Shown here: positions 1-9,818 of the stretch, piece after piece | Layout of the letters: each line of letters opens with the position of its first letter | How positions within the stretch are numbered: position 1 is the stretch's first letter | Source: Alphaproteobacteria bacterium | GTDB taxonomy: Bacteria > Pseudomonadota > Alphaproteobacteria > UBA9219 | Direction of reading: 5' to 3' | Assembly (NCBI GenBank): GCA_013286365.1 | Contig: JABDFY010000005.1 | Coordinates: 6,364 to 70,363, forward strand | DNA length: 64,000 bases | The notes under the pieces: model-generated | Database searches by the model: none | The model's input: the letters and a program-made list of their open reading frames with translations, nothing else | Told to the model about the DNA's origin: nothing | Position numbers and translations under genes: made by a program

Positions 1-277
1 GTACAAACAGGGGCAGGAAATTGATGTGATCGTTGCCCATGGTGATGGCAATTACTTTGCCTCCGATGACACTTTAAACCACCTCGAAGATAATCGCCAA
101 ATCGCTTTCCGCTATTGCGATAATCCTAATGGAGCTGCGCGCGATATTGCCGGCATCTTTAATAATGGTCGGACTGTACTTGGTTTGATGCCGCATCTTG
201 AGGACGCCGTTGAGCCCATGCACGGCAGTACGGACGGCGCCGCTCTTTTTGATAGTATCGTGAGAGCCCTGCAATGA
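1..277 (+). CDS. purQ: phosphoribosylformylglycinamidine synthase I (PurQ), C-terminal part; gene continues upstream of the window
   Basis: In-frame translation from position 2 gives ...YKQGQEIDVIVAHGDGNYFASDDTL...GLMPHLED...; AHGxGNY and MPHxE are PurQ glutamine-amidotransferase signatures. ORF-track start at 26 is a GTG artefact. Directly precedes purL with an overlapping stop/start. Confidence 0.7.
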   Translation, partial: YKQGQEIDVIVAHGDGNYFASDDTLNHLEDNRQIAFRYCDNPNGAARDIAGIFNNGRTVLGLMPHLEDAVEPMHGSTDGAALFDSIVRALQ

Positions 278-2490
278 ATATGACTGCGCAAAAGAAAGCC
301 AATGCAAGTGCTGAACTCGAACACTTAATTGCGGATCATGGTATGACGCGTGAGGAATATGATGTTCTCTTGCGGGTGTTAGGCCGTGATCCGAGCCTAG
401 CAGAATTAGGTGTTGCGGCCGCCATGTGGTCAGAACATTGTTCCTATAAGTCAACCCGTGTATGGCTTAAACAGCTGCCGACCAAAGCGCCCCATGTTAT
501 TTGCGGCCCTGGTGAGAATGCTGGCGTTATCGATATTGGCGAGGGTTTGGCAGCGATATTTAAGATCGAGAGCCACAATCATCCTTCATATATTGAGCCT
601 TACCAAGGGGCGGCTACAGGCGTAGGAGGCATTCTACGCGATGTTTTTACGATGGGGGCACGCCCGATTGCGAATTTAAACGCCTTACGTTTTGGTGATC
701 CGAAACATCCTAAGACAAAATCGATCGTGGCTGGCGTTGTTGCTGGTATTGGCGGTTATGGTAATTGTGTCGGCATACCAACTGTCGGCGGCGAAACCAA
801 TTTTCACGCGAGCTATAACGGTAATTGTCTCGTTAATGCCATGACTGTTGGAATTGCCGATAAGAACAAGATTTTCTATTCGAAAGCAGCCGGTGTCGGT
901 AACCCCGTGGTCTATGTCGGCTCTAAAACCGGACGCGATGGCATCAAGGGGGCGACGATGGCGTCGGGAGAATTTAACGCCGATGCTGAAAGCAAACGTC
1001 CTACTGTGCAAGTCGGTGATCCATTTACAGAAAAACTTTTGATCGAGGCTTGCCTTGAATTGATGGCAACTGATGCAATAATCTCCATTCAAGATATGGG
1101 GGCTGCTGGTTTAACTTCCTCGGCAGTTGAAATGGCATCCAAAGGCAATCTCGGCATCGAGCTTGATCTTGATAAGGTACCATTGCGTGCGTTGGGAATG
1201 AGTGCGTATGAAATTATGCTCTCCGAAAGCCAAGAGCGGATGTTGATCGTGCTCAAGCCGGGACGTGAGGTCGAAGCTGGTAACATTTTCCGTAAATGGG
1301 AGCTTGATTTTGCCGTGATCGGCAAGCTGACGGCTAGCGGCCATTTGGTTGGCAAACGTCACGGTAAGACAGAGATTGATATACCGGTTGGACCTTTGGT
1401 TGATCAATCGCCGCTTTATAATCGTCCCTGGGAGCCTACAGCGCAGCTAGAAACATTGCCAGCAAACGCCTACCCGTTGCCTGCTGGCATGACAATCTTG
1501 GATGCTTTACAAAAATTGATGGCATCGCCCGATCTTTGTTCGCGTCGTTGGATTTGGGAACAATACGACAGCCTTGTTGGTGCCGACACAGCGCAAGGCC
1601 CTGGCGGCGATGCGGCCGTTGTGCGCATTCATAATACTCAACGCGCCCTGGCCATGGTCGTCGATTGCTCGCCACGTTACTGTGCGGCAGATCCGATTAT
1701 GGGGGGAAAACAGGCGGTTGTAGAAACTTGGCGAAATTTGACGGCCGTTGGTGCGCGACCTTTGGCCATTACCGACAATATGAATTTCGGTAATCCCGAA
1801 AAGCCACGCATCATGGGCCAATTCGTAGGCGCCGTGCAGGGTATGCGTGAGGCCTGTTTAGCGCTTGATTATCCGGTGGTCTCCGGAAATTGCAGTCTTT
1901 ATAACGAAACCAATGGCAATCCCATTATGCCTGCGCCAGTTATAGGCGGTGTCGGGATATTGCAAGACGTGACGAAGGCTATGACCATTTCCTTTAAAGC
2001 CGAAGGCGAAACCATTTTTGTCTTTGGGGATACATTGGGACATATAGGACAGTCTTTATATTTAAGAGAACTTCACGGCCGTGAAGAGGGGGCGCCGCCA
2101 CCGGTTAACCTTGCGGCCGAGAAAAGGCTGGGTGACTTTATTCGCAACTTAATTGATGACCGTGCGATAACATCTTGCCATGATGTATCTGATGGTGGGC
2201 TTGTTGTTGCCCTTGCCGAGATGGCATTGGCTGGTGACAAGGGTTGTCACTTAAAGGCCGATGATGGGCTTGGGGCGAGCTACTGGTTTGGCGAGGATCA
2301 AGGACGCTACGTTGTCACAACCAACCAGCCGGAAAAGCTCGAAAAACTAGCTAAAACTGCAGGCATTTCCTATGCTATAATCGGACACGTAGCCGGTAAA
2401 GCTTTGGCCATGAGTGGCAGCAGACCACTTGATCTAACACAATTACGGACACTTCACGAAAGCTGGTTGCCTGCGTATATGAGTGATTGA
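274..2490 (+). CDS. purL: phosphoribosylformylglycinamidine synthase II (FGAM synthase large subunit)
   Basis: 738-aa ORF with typical PurL AIR-synthase-related domains (GENAGVIDIG, ESHNHPS, repeated domain architecture); start overlaps purQ stop (ATGA). Confidence 0.93.
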   Translation: MNMTAQKKANASAELEHLIADHGMTREEYDVLLRVLGRDPSLAELGVAAAMWSEHCSYKSTRVWLKQLPTKAPHVICGPGENAGVIDIGEGLAAIFKIESHNHPSYIEPYQGAATGVGGILRDVFTMGARPIANLNALRFGDPKHPKTKSIVAGVVAGIGGYGNCVGIPTVGGETNFHASYNGNCLVNAMTVGIADKNKIFYSKAAGVGNPVVYVGSKTGRDGIKGATMASGEFNADAESKRPTVQVGDPFTEKLLIEACLELMATDAIISIQDMGAAGLTSSAVEMASKGNLGIELDLDKVPLRALGMSAYEIMLSESQERMLIVLKPGREVEAGNIFRKWELDFAVIGKLTASGHLVGKRHGKTEIDIPVGPLVDQSPLYNRPWEPTAQLETLPANAYPLPAGMTILDALQKLMASPDLCSRRWIWEQYDSLVGADTAQGPGGDAAVVRIHNTQRALAMVVDCSPRYCAADPIMGGKQAVVETWRNLTAVGARPLAITDNMNFGNPEKPRIMGQFVGAVQGMREACLALDYPVVSGNCSLYNETNGNPIMPAPVIGGVGILQDVTKAMTISFKAEGETIFVFGDTLGHIGQSLYLRELHGREEGAPPPVNLAAEKRLGDFIRNLIDDRAITSCHDVSDGGLVVALAEMALAGDKGCHLKADDGLGASYWFGEDQGRYVVTTNQPEKLEKLAKTAGISYAIIGHVAGKALAMSGSRPLDLTQLRTLHESWLPAYMSD

Positions 2491-2498
2491 GGAATGCT

Positions 2499-2735
2499 AT
2501 GACGATGGAAGCTAAAGAAATAGAACGCTTGATTAAAGAAGCGCTGCCCGACGCTAAAATTGAAATTAAAGATTTACGCGGCGATGGTGATCATTATGCG
2601 GCCGTCGTCGAAAGCGCTGTCTTTGCTGGTATGTCGCGTGTACAGCAGCATCAACTCGTTTATGCGGCGTTGCAGGGACGCGTCGGCGGTGTGTTGCATG
2701 CGTTAGCTCTAACGACGGTTGCCCCTGCCCAATAA
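2499..2735 (+). CDS. BolA family protein
   Basis: About 79 aa from ATG 2499 (MTMEAKEIERLIKEALPDAKIEIKDLRGDGDHYAAVVES..F.G.SRVQQHQLVY.AL). BolA-like size and motif pattern; conserved position between purL and grxD. Confidence 0.7.
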   Translation: MTMEAKEIERLIKEALPDAKIEIKDLRGDGDHYAAVVESAVFAGMSRVQQHQLVYAALQGRVGGVLHALALTTVAPAQ

Positions 2736-2759
2736 TATTTTTGATAAGGAGAAAGAGAT

Positions 2760-3107
2760 ATGGATCCGATTGTTGCTGAGCGTATACGCGCTGATGTTAA
2801 TACAAACGATGTCGTGCTTTACATGAAGGGCACGCCTGTCTTTCCGCAATGCGGATTTTCGGCACAAGCGGTGCAGATCCTTGGCATGCTAGGCGTAAAA
2901 TTTAAAGGTGTTGATGTGCTGACCGATCCAGGTGTGCGTCAGGGCATCAAGGACTTCAGCAATTGGCCGACAATCCCACAACTCTACATCAAGGGCGAAT
3001 TTGTCGGTGGCAGCGACATTATGCGCGAGATGTTCCAAAGCGGCGAGCTACTACAAATGCTCACCAACAAAGGCGTCGCGCTTAACGCTGATCAGAAAGC
3101 GAGCTGA
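2760..3107 (+). CDS. grxD: monothiol glutaredoxin (Grx4 family)
   Basis: 115 aa with CGFS active site (PQCGFSAQ), VLYMKGTP, WPTIPQLYI.GEF.GG.DI motifs; RBS AAGGAGA upstream. Confidence 0.9.
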   Translation: MDPIVAERIRADVNTNDVVLYMKGTPVFPQCGFSAQAVQILGMLGVKFKGVDVLTDPGVRQGIKDFSNWPTIPQLYIKGEFVGGSDIMREMFQSGELLQMLTNKGVALNADQKAS

Positions 3108-3113
3108 TTAGAA

Positions 3114-3293
3114 TTACTTTTTGGAAGACTTCGTTTTTTCAGCTTCTTCGTGACGTACAAATCCGCCCCGACCGTTACCACTGACGGCAGCGGTGTCATC
3201 AATGCGGGCGATGCCAGACAGAGGTTGCTGAGCAGCGGCCTCACCAAGATGCGTTTCAGGAACGACCTGTTTAGGATTTTCAAACACAGCCAT
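3114..3293 (-). CDS. small hypothetical protein (59 aa), not in ORF track (below 60 aa cutoff)
   Basis: Hand-translated minus-strand ORF: MAVFENPKQVVPETHLGEAAAQQPLSGIARIDDTAAVSGNGRGGFVRHEEAEKTKSSKK; ATG 3293, TAA 3114-3116, convergent with grxD. Charged, no membrane segment. Confidence 0.3.
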   Translation of the reverse strand: MAVFENPKQVVPETHLGEAAAQQPLSGIARIDDTAAVSGNGRGGFVRHEEAEKTKSSKK

Positions 3294-3526
3294 GACGGCC
3301 TCCCTAGAGTTTAACCCGCTTGTCTTCGCGTAAACGCGACAACGTGCAGGTGTCTTGTGCGGTGCACCAAGAATAGGACCAACCGGTCAATAATTGATTA
3401 ACGATAAAATAGAAATAGACATAGTTTACAATGTATTAGAACATTAATCTTATCAATGACTTAAATATACAAGTGTGGCTGCGGTGCAATAAGAAGGGTT
3501 TGCATTGTCCTCGACTAGAGCCACTT

Positions 3527-5071
3527 CTAGGTGGGCTGGCAGACGATGACGTTCCCGTCTCTCATTTCGATCCTGCTTCCCCCCTTATTCAGTAAGGCAG
3601 CTCCGATGGGTTTTTTTGGCTTTGACGCAGAAGAGGGATCTGGCTCTTTTTCTGTTAACATGTAAGCAGCGGCCAGTTTAATGGCATCCGCAAACGGTTT
3701 ACCAATCTCGTAAGGATTATCAAATTCGTTTAGCCCAAGTTTTTCTTTTGGATCATGGCTAATTCCGTTATGGCATATAAAAATCAGGACAGAGCGCACA
3801 TATTGAGCAAGGTTCATAATATCATGTCCAGCAGGCGAGGGTAGATTCATTGTTGTTATGTTTAGATTTTCCGCTAGTTTACGGAAAACACTTTGCAATT
3901 TCTCATTGAGGCGGACGGGTTCTGTTTTCGTTGCACGTAAATCTTCTTCATTGTAGGGCTCGCCATTAGCCTGCAGAACTTTCTTTGCACATCTACGAAG
4001 AATAGCCTCTGCTTTACGAAGAACGTTTGAATCAGTTGATCTTACTTCAAATGCCGTTTCAGCGAGAGCCGGGGTTGATGTTAAATTGTCGTTTTTGGTG
4101 CCAAATATTGGGAACGTTAAAACAAGGTCATTTTTTCTCCAAATCCGTGTCCACCGCAAAAATTTAGGTCCTCCTTCCAAATATAATATCCCTCGTTTAA
4201 CTAACGCTAAAAAATCAATTAATTTTAAACCCGCATCATTTCGGTCGTCTTGGGTGCCTGTGCCAGAATGTTGAGATGTGCCGCGAAAAGAAAATCGAGG
4301 AACCCGGACATTGCCTTTGATAACGTTGACGATGCCAAGGTTTAAACTGGGGATCTTTTGTCTTGCCTTTAAAAGAGTATCATATTGTTCGATGTGAATC
4401 TCTAGAGCAGAATCGATACATTCTTCAAAAGGAATTAAACATTCACGTTGGGCAATCTTGATCTTTAGTTTGCCCATATCGGCTGCTTTTTGGCTCTCAT
4501 CACCAAAGCGAGTATCTATCATAAGCTCTTCAAGCGTTTGTCCTTCTCTAGTCGCCCTCCTAAGAATGTTTTCATCTGCATTGCCTGTGGCTATGCCCGA
4601 TCCGATGCCAAACTTTTCAAATCGTGGACTTTCTTCGCAGCGCCAGACAGCCACGCAAATATCTTGTGGTGGTGCAAATGCGGCATCGTCCATTTTTGCA
4701 TCATGTAGAACTTTAACTGCGGATAATGCCGACACAATACCGGCTGGACCGTCAAATGGTCCCCCTCTCTTGACGGCATCAAGATGCGAACCAATCAGGA
4801 CAGCTGGCTTTTGCCGATCCACGCCGGGATAAACCATATAAGCATTGCCTGCCAGATCTTGGTAAAGCTCCATTCCCGTTTTGTCAGCTTCACGCATGAT
4901 TATTGCGATGGCTTCGGTCTCATTATGGCTATAACCGGGCCGATCCATGCCCAACTCATCGCTAATCCAGTGTTTGCCCAAGTGTGTTGGACTAAACAGG
5001 CGTTCAGCAAACGCCAGCGCAGCTAACTGGTATTCAGCAATCTTGGCTATCTGATGGGGTTGTAAATCCAA
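3527..5071 (-). CDS. M20-family Zn-dependent amidohydrolase (allantoate amidohydrolase / N-carbamoyl-amino-acid hydrolase-like) with C-terminal extension
   Basis: 514 aa; metal-binding motif LIGSHLDAVKRGGPFDGPAG typical of M20 amidases (HxD...DG); peptidase-dimerisation-like middle region. Confidence 0.65.
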   Translation of the reverse strand: MDLQPHQIAKIAEYQLAALAFAERLFSPTHLGKHWISDELGMDRPGYSHNETEAIAIIMREADKTGMELYQDLAGNAYMVYPGVDRQKPAVLIGSHLDAVKRGGPFDGPAGIVSALSAVKVLHDAKMDDAAFAPPQDICVAVWRCEESPRFEKFGIGSGIATGNADENILRRATREGQTLEELMIDTRFGDESQKAADMGKLKIKIAQRECLIPFEECIDSALEIHIEQYDTLLKARQKIPSLNLGIVNVIKGNVRVPRFSFRGTSQHSGTGTQDDRNDAGLKLIDFLALVKRGILYLEGGPKFLRWTRIWRKNDLVLTFPIFGTKNDNLTSTPALAETAFEVRSTDSNVLRKAEAILRRCAKKVLQANGEPYNEEDLRATKTEPVRLNEKLQSVFRKLAENLNITTMNLPSPAGHDIMNLAQYVRSVLIFICHNGISHDPKEKLGLNEFDNPYEIGKPFADAIKLAAAYMLTEKEPDPSSASKPKKPIGAALLNKGGSRIEMRDGNVIVCQPT

Positions 5072-5263
5072 GTTAAAATCTCTTTATAAAAATCTGCTCG
5101 TTTTTTCTAAACAATATTTAATTTATGAAACTAAATAGCATTTGTTTCTATGTGATGCCAGGTGTTAATAGATCTAAGCCAACCTAATTTAGGCTGGAAT
5201 TATTACTGCTGTATAATGTGCAACTGCTTAGTTAATGATGCGGCTGGAAACCTTAATCGAGAG

Positions 5264-5914
5264 ATGGCAATGCCTAAATGCCCCTTCGTGAAGCTCTTAA
5301 TAATAAGTCCTCTCTTATTGTTAGGTTTTATGCACCCAGCTTTGGCCCATCCCCATGTATGGGTCGATTATTATGTCGATGCCGTCAGCAGCAAAGAGGG
5401 TATTACCAAGCTCAAGTTTCGTTGGCATTTTGATGATATGTTCACCTCAATGGTTGAGGAGGACTTCAATATTAAATCTATCACACCAAAAAATGTTAAT
5501 ACGTTGCGAGACAGTGCGTTTTCCAATCTTAAAAACTATCATTACTATACTTATATAAAATTCGACGGAAAAGAGTTCGAACCTAAAGAAATTTCGGATT
5601 TTGGTGCGCTGCTCAAAGGCAAAAATCTTGAATACACTTTTACCATTATATTGCCACATCCTGCCAAGGAGGTTGAACTGTCACTTTACGATCCCGAGTT
5701 TTATGTTGATATCGGGCCACCTATGTTGGGGGCTGAATCCGATAGCGTCGGTATTATGTCTTCTGCCACGATGAAGCCAAAACCGTTTATTACGACATCA
5801 TCTAGCGATGGTGCTAAGGCTCCAACGTGCGAATATCATGCCGGACAACCACGCGTTAGTCAGACGTGGGGAGCCTTTGCGGTGTATGTTGTAAATTGTC
5901 ATGCTAGTACCTAG
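5264..5914 (+). CDS. DUF1007 family periplasmic protein (paralog 1)
   Basis: Signal peptide MAMPKCPFVKLLIISPLLLLGFMHPALA followed by HPHVWVDY motif that defines DUF1007; classically paired with NicO-like transporters. ORF-track start 5162 is an upstream extension lacking the signal peptide context. Confidence 0.6.
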   Translation: MAMPKCPFVKLLIISPLLLLGFMHPALAHPHVWVDYYVDAVSSKEGITKLKFRWHFDDMFTSMVEEDFNIKSITPKNVNTLRDSAFSNLKNYHYYTYIKFDGKEFEPKEISDFGALLKGKNLEYTFTIILPHPAKEVELSLYDPEFYVDIGPPMLGAESDSVGIMSSATMKPKPFITTSSSDGAKAPTCEYHAGQPRVSQTWGAFAVYVVNCHAST

Positions 5915-6044
5915 GTATTATTGAAACTTTGTTACGGCTCGAATCTTTGTATGACTAAACCGGGAAATTTATGCGTAAAATGCTGCCGGCGGATTGATCG
6001 GCTAATTTTTCAGTCGGATAAACAAGTTCTTAAAGTGAGGTAAG

Positions 6045-7001
6045 ATGAATAAGCTGCTGCATACGGTGCTAATGATTGCCATCACACTTGGCCTCCTGTG
6101 TGCTGTGGCGTCTGCTGATCCCTTTGTTTCCGGGCGACCCTCGGAAGTGAACTCATCCTATATGAATTTATTTTCAACGCCTTTTATGCATCAGATCATC
6201 AACATTCAACGACAGATCCATCAGGCTATCACGGATAAAATTGAAGCCCTCAAGGAAGGCCAATCTCTAACCGCTCTATGGGGATTGCTCCTCATCAGTC
6301 TTGGTTATGGTGTTTTTCACGTGCTGGCACCCGGTCATGGCAAGGTTATAGTTAGTTCATATTTTCTTGGTAATCAGGCGCGGTGGCGCGACGGGGTATG
6401 GGCAGGTCTGCTCATGGCTATTGGACATACCATTACGGCCGTTGGTGTGGTCGTTGCCCTATATCTTGTCCTTGGTTTAGGACAGTTCAAAGTATTGGAC
6501 GACGCTCGCTATATTGAGCTTGTTGGGTATGGGATGATAGCCATCATCGGCTTGTGGTTATTGCAAAGGGCTATCAGGAATAAACCAAAATGCAACGTTT
6601 GCGGGCATGGGCATCATCATCATGGCCATGATCACGAGGCTCAAGATTCCGGTACCGACGAAGCTATGAATATAAAGAGTAAACAGGCCATGAGCCTTTT
6701 TGCGGCGGCTAGCCTTGTACCTTGTACAGGCTCAATGATCATTCTTCTTTTCACGCTCGCCAACGGGGTGTTATGGGCTGGCATACTGGCTGTTATCGCC
6801 ATTGCCTTAGGTATGTGGGGAACGATTACGGCTATTGGCACCGTATCAATTTTCTTGCGTCACGTCGTCGTTGGGAACGAAGAAGATGCAAACACAAAAC
6901 ATCAGTGGGTATCAAGAGCTTTGGGCATTACGGCGGCCTTGATTGTCATTGCAACCGGTGGGCTTCTATTTGCCGGCACCTTGTATAGTCTTACGGGCTA
7001 G
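6045..7001 (+). CDS. NicO/RcnA-family nickel/cobalt transporter
   Basis: 318 aa polytopic membrane protein with HVLAPGHGK motif (HX4PGHGK of NicO family) and His-rich loop HGHHHHGHDHE; gene immediately follows DUF1007. Confidence 0.7.
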   Translation: MNKLLHTVLMIAITLGLLCAVASADPFVSGRPSEVNSSYMNLFSTPFMHQIINIQRQIHQAITDKIEALKEGQSLTALWGLLLISLGYGVFHVLAPGHGKVIVSSYFLGNQARWRDGVWAGLLMAIGHTITAVGVVVALYLVLGLGQFKVLDDARYIELVGYGMIAIIGLWLLQRAIRNKPKCNVCGHGHHHHGHDHEAQDSGTDEAMNIKSKQAMSLFAAASLVPCTGSMIILLFTLANGVLWAGILAVIAIALGMWGTITAIGTVSIFLRHVVVGNEEDANTKHQWVSRALGITAALIVIATGGLLFAGTLYSLTG

Positions 7002-7024
7002 GTCTGAGGTCAGAAGTTGAAGAG

Positions 7025-7906
7025 CTAATCTTTATTGCAGATAAAACTAACCAGACTGCCGCAACGTCCAGCTAATACCGATATAAGTGTAATTGTTCCG
7101 GCAATAAGAACGACAGTTGGGCCGGAAGGAATTCTTTCATAGTAGGATAAAAGCAATCCTGCAACGGAAGATAATAAGGCAATTCCGATGCTAAGCGGAA
7201 TAATGTTATCAATGTTATTAGTCCAAAAGCGTGATGCAATAGCCGGTAATATCATAATGCCGAGCGCCATCAGTGTACCGAGTGCCTGAAACGCCGCGAT
7301 CAGATTGATGACAAGCAAAACAAAAAATATCTGTCGCGACCAGCTTCGCCCATGTCGCGCGGCACTGGCAAAATCCGCATCAAAGCATTCAATGATTAGT
7401 CCGCGATAAAAAATCGCCAAAATAAATATAGTTATGCAGCTGACTGAGGCAATCAAATGTAGAGAGGCATTGTCTATGGCAAGTATGTTACCGAACAACA
7501 TATGCAGTAAATCGACACTATTTCCCTTTAGGCTTATGATGACGACGCCGCTCGCTAGGCAGAGCAAATATAACATCGTAAAGCTCGCATCCTCTTTCAG
7601 TTGCGTGTAACGCGTGAGGAAAACGACCAGGATTGCAACGGTGATACCGGCGATTAAGCCGCCCACCGTCATAGGCAGCAAGGCGAGGCCAAAGGAGGCA
7701 AACGCTAGAGCGACGCCCGGCAGGATTGCGTGTGACATGGCATCGCCGACAAGCGTCATGCGCCTAAGGGTCATAAAGACGCCAAGCGGCGTACTGCCAA
7801 GGGATAGTATGGCGCACGCAGCGAGGGCACGACGCATGAAAGCGTATTGAATAAAGGGATCCAAAACCATATCAATCATGGGTATGGTCATGATGACTGT
7901 GGTCAT
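7025..7906 (-). CDS. metal (Zn/Mn) ABC transporter permease, ZnuB/MntB family
   Basis: Hydrophobic about 293 aa from Met (MTTVIMTIPMIDMVLDPF...) with ABC-3 family features; ORF-track N-terminal extension to 8200 overlaps the ATPase gene and is rejected. Start is approximate. Confidence 0.7.
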   Translation of the reverse strand: MTTVIMTIPMIDMVLDPFIQYAFMRRALAACAILSLGSTPLGVFMTLRRMTLVGDAMSHAILPGVALAFASFGLALLPMTVGGLIAGITVAILVVFLTRYTQLKEDASFTMLYLLCLASGVVIISLKGNSVDLLHMLFGNILAIDNASLHLIASVSCITIFILAIFYRGLIIECFDADFASAARHGRSWSRQIFFVLLVINLIAAFQALGTLMALGIMILPAIASRFWTNNIDNIIPLSIGIALLSSVAGLLLSYYERIPSGPTVVLIAGTITLISVLAGRCGSLVSFICNKD

Positions 7907-8636
7907 GTTTGAGATGAGCTTCTGTCTCTGGGCCTGCGCAAATTTCTGCCATGTCGAGATCGAAGGATAATAATTTATCTTCAAGCATCTTGTGGGTATG
8001 GCCATGCCCAAGACATTTACCGGCGAGAACGAACGAATCAGGAAAATATTTCTGGATAAGCAATAGATCATGTAATACGCAAATGACGGTTTTACCTTGG
8101 CGATGCCAATTGAGAAGAATTTGGATGAGCCGAGCTGTTGTTTCGGCATCAACGGCCGTAAATGGTTCATCGAGTAGAACGACAGACGCGTTTTGCACAA
8201 TTACGCGCGCAAATAACATGCGTTGAAACTGGCCGCCGGATAATTCACTGATCTGTCTATTTTCGAAACCTATCAAACCCACTTCCGCAAGAGCCGCTGT
8301 GGCATTGCGTTTTAGGTCGTTTGAGATGGCATTGAAATTTCCTACTCTGGACCAAAATCCTGTGCAAACGGCCTTTAAAACTGATATAGGAAAATCCCGC
8401 TGAATTGATGTGATCTGGGGTAAATACGCTATTTTGGGGCTACCCTTGATGCTAATGCGGCCGGAGTTTGGCTTTTTGATTCCAACGATCGTCTTAAGGA
8501 GCGTACTTTTGCCAGAACCGTTATAACCGGCAATTGCGGTTAGAGAACCACTATGGAATGCTCCAGAAATATCCTGCAAGGCAACATGGCGACCATAACG
8601 AACTGTCACATTTTCAAGGGTAATGATGTCTGTCAT
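7872..8636 (-). CDS. metal ABC transporter ATP-binding protein (ZnuC/MntA-like) with His-rich C-terminus
   Basis: Walker A GYNGSGKST, ABC signature LSGGQFQR, Walker B VVLLDEP; C-terminal tail EAHLKHDHSHHDHTHD. Confidence 0.85.
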   Translation of the reverse strand: MTDIITLENVTVRYGRHVALQDISGAFHSGSLTAIAGYNGSGKSTLLKTIVGIKKPNSGRISIKGSPKIAYLPQITSIQRDFPISVLKAVCTGFWSRVGNFNAISNDLKRNATAALAEVGLIGFENRQISELSGGQFQRMLFARVIVQNASVVLLDEPFTAVDAETTARLIQILLNWHRQGKTVICVLHDLLLIQKYFPDSFVLAGKCLGHGHTHKMLEDKLLSFDLDMAEICAGPETEAHLKHDHSHHDHTHD

Positions 8637-8852
8637 CTGGAGTTTAAACCCGCGTCGCCCAGGTGGAAATGAGTGCGATCAGCGCTGCAAGGACGAACGC
8701 TACAATAAGCCGCTCAATGACACTCATATAAAACATCTGTCGGGTTCCTTACTTAGATTGACGACTTTCCAAGATAAACAGCTTACCGGTTTTTTGGAAT
8801 GGTCTTCTCTTAAACGGCCGAACAAGGGCTTAACATTTACGCCCCATGATGC

Positions 8853-8872
8853 TATGTTATATTGTAACACAA
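8853..8872. promoter_or_regulatory. candidate Fur-family (Zur-like) operator in divergent znuA / znuCB promoter region
   Basis: AT-rich inverted repeat TGTTAtattgTAACA (ATGTTATATTGTAACAC) 35 bp upstream of the binding-protein start, between divergently transcribed transporter genes. Confidence 0.35.
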
Positions 8873-8906
8873 TCATAGCTAATAATTGTTTATCATGGAG
8901 CTCATT

Positions 8907-9815
8907 ATGAATAAGACGTCTCTAGCAATCCTTGGGATGTTATTGCTTCTTGTTTCACCGGCAGAAGCGGCGCAAAGACCTCTGCAAGTCGTCGCCAGTT
9001 TTAGCATTCTTGCCGATATGGTGAGCCATATTGGAGGTGACGCGGTTACGGTTAAATCGTTAGTCGGGCCTGATATGGATACGCATACCTATGAACCTTC
9101 GCCTGAGGACGCTAAGGCTATCGCAAAAGCCGACTTAGTTTTTATAAATGGCCTTGGTTTTGAAGGATGGGTCGGAAGATTAGTTTCAGCATCGGGTTAT
9201 CATGGCGAAGTCATTGTTGCTTCGAGAGGAGTAAAAGTCAGAGAAATGTCTGAACATGAGGGCGGCTCTTCTGTGACGGTCGATGATCCCCACGCCTGGC
9301 AAGACCTTACGAATGGACGTCTTTATGCCAAAAACATCACCTTGGCCCTTGAAAAAGCACTGCCTGATCAAGCTGCAACAATTCGTGTGCGCGCTGCCAA
9401 ATATGAAGCTGAAATGAAAAATATGGACGATTATGTGCATTCACAGTTTGGCTCCATACCCCTACAGCAAAGAAAAATCATAACTAGTCACGATGCCTTC
9501 GGATATTTTGGCGAGGCCTACGGTGTGAAATTCCTGGCGCCGGTTGGTTTAAGTACTGACGCGGAACCTGCGGCGGCAGATGTCGCTGCGCTGATAAATC
9601 AAATTAAAGAGCAGGGGGTTAAGCAGCTATTTATTGAAAACATGACAAACCCAAAACTCATCGAGCAAATCGCCAGAGACTCAGGTGCTCAGATGGGCGG
9701 TACGCTTTATTCGGATGCTCTGTCAGCTAAAACTGGTCCGGCGCCGACTTATCTCGATATGTTCCGCAATAACGTGCCTAAACTCAAGGCAGCCATGCAA
9801 TTAAATGCAAGATGA
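8907..9815 (+). CDS. periplasmic metal-binding protein of ABC transporter (ZnuA/TroA family)
   Basis: Signal peptide MNKTSLAILGMLLLLVSPAEA; TroA-fold motifs (VVASFSILADMV, DMDTHTYEPSPED, ITSHDAFGYF); divergent from the ATPase/permease genes. Confidence 0.85.
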   Translation: MNKTSLAILGMLLLLVSPAEAAQRPLQVVASFSILADMVSHIGGDAVTVKSLVGPDMDTHTYEPSPEDAKAIAKADLVFINGLGFEGWVGRLVSASGYHGEVIVASRGVKVREMSEHEGGSSVTVDDPHAWQDLTNGRLYAKNITLALEKALPDQAATIRVRAAKYEAEMKNMDDYVHSQFGSIPLQQRKIITSHDAFGYFGEAYGVKFLAPVGLSTDAEPAAADVAALINQIKEQGVKQLFIENMTNPKLIEQIARDSGAQMGGTLYSDALSAKTGPAPTYLDMFRNNVPKLKAAMQLNAR

Positions 9816-9818
9816 AAT

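Noticed and set aside
74-2043. Numerous antisense/alternate-frame ORFs inside purL (e.g. 74-454 -, 685-1092 -, 1111-1407 -, 1507-1821 -)
   Set aside because: They lie entirely within the strongly supported purQ/purL coding region on the opposite strand or other frames and have no motifs; typical shadow ORFs.
5162-5263. Upstream extension of the DUF1007 ORF from 5162
   Set aside because: The extension (MLIDLSQPNLGWNYYCCIMCN...) precedes a canonical signal peptide that begins at 5264; the earlier start is most likely an alternative-codon artefact.
7907-8200. N-terminal about 100-aa extension of the ABC permease ORF
   Set aside because: It overlaps the 3' third of the ATPase gene on the same strand; ZnuB-type permeases are about 270-300 aa, consistent with a start near 7906.
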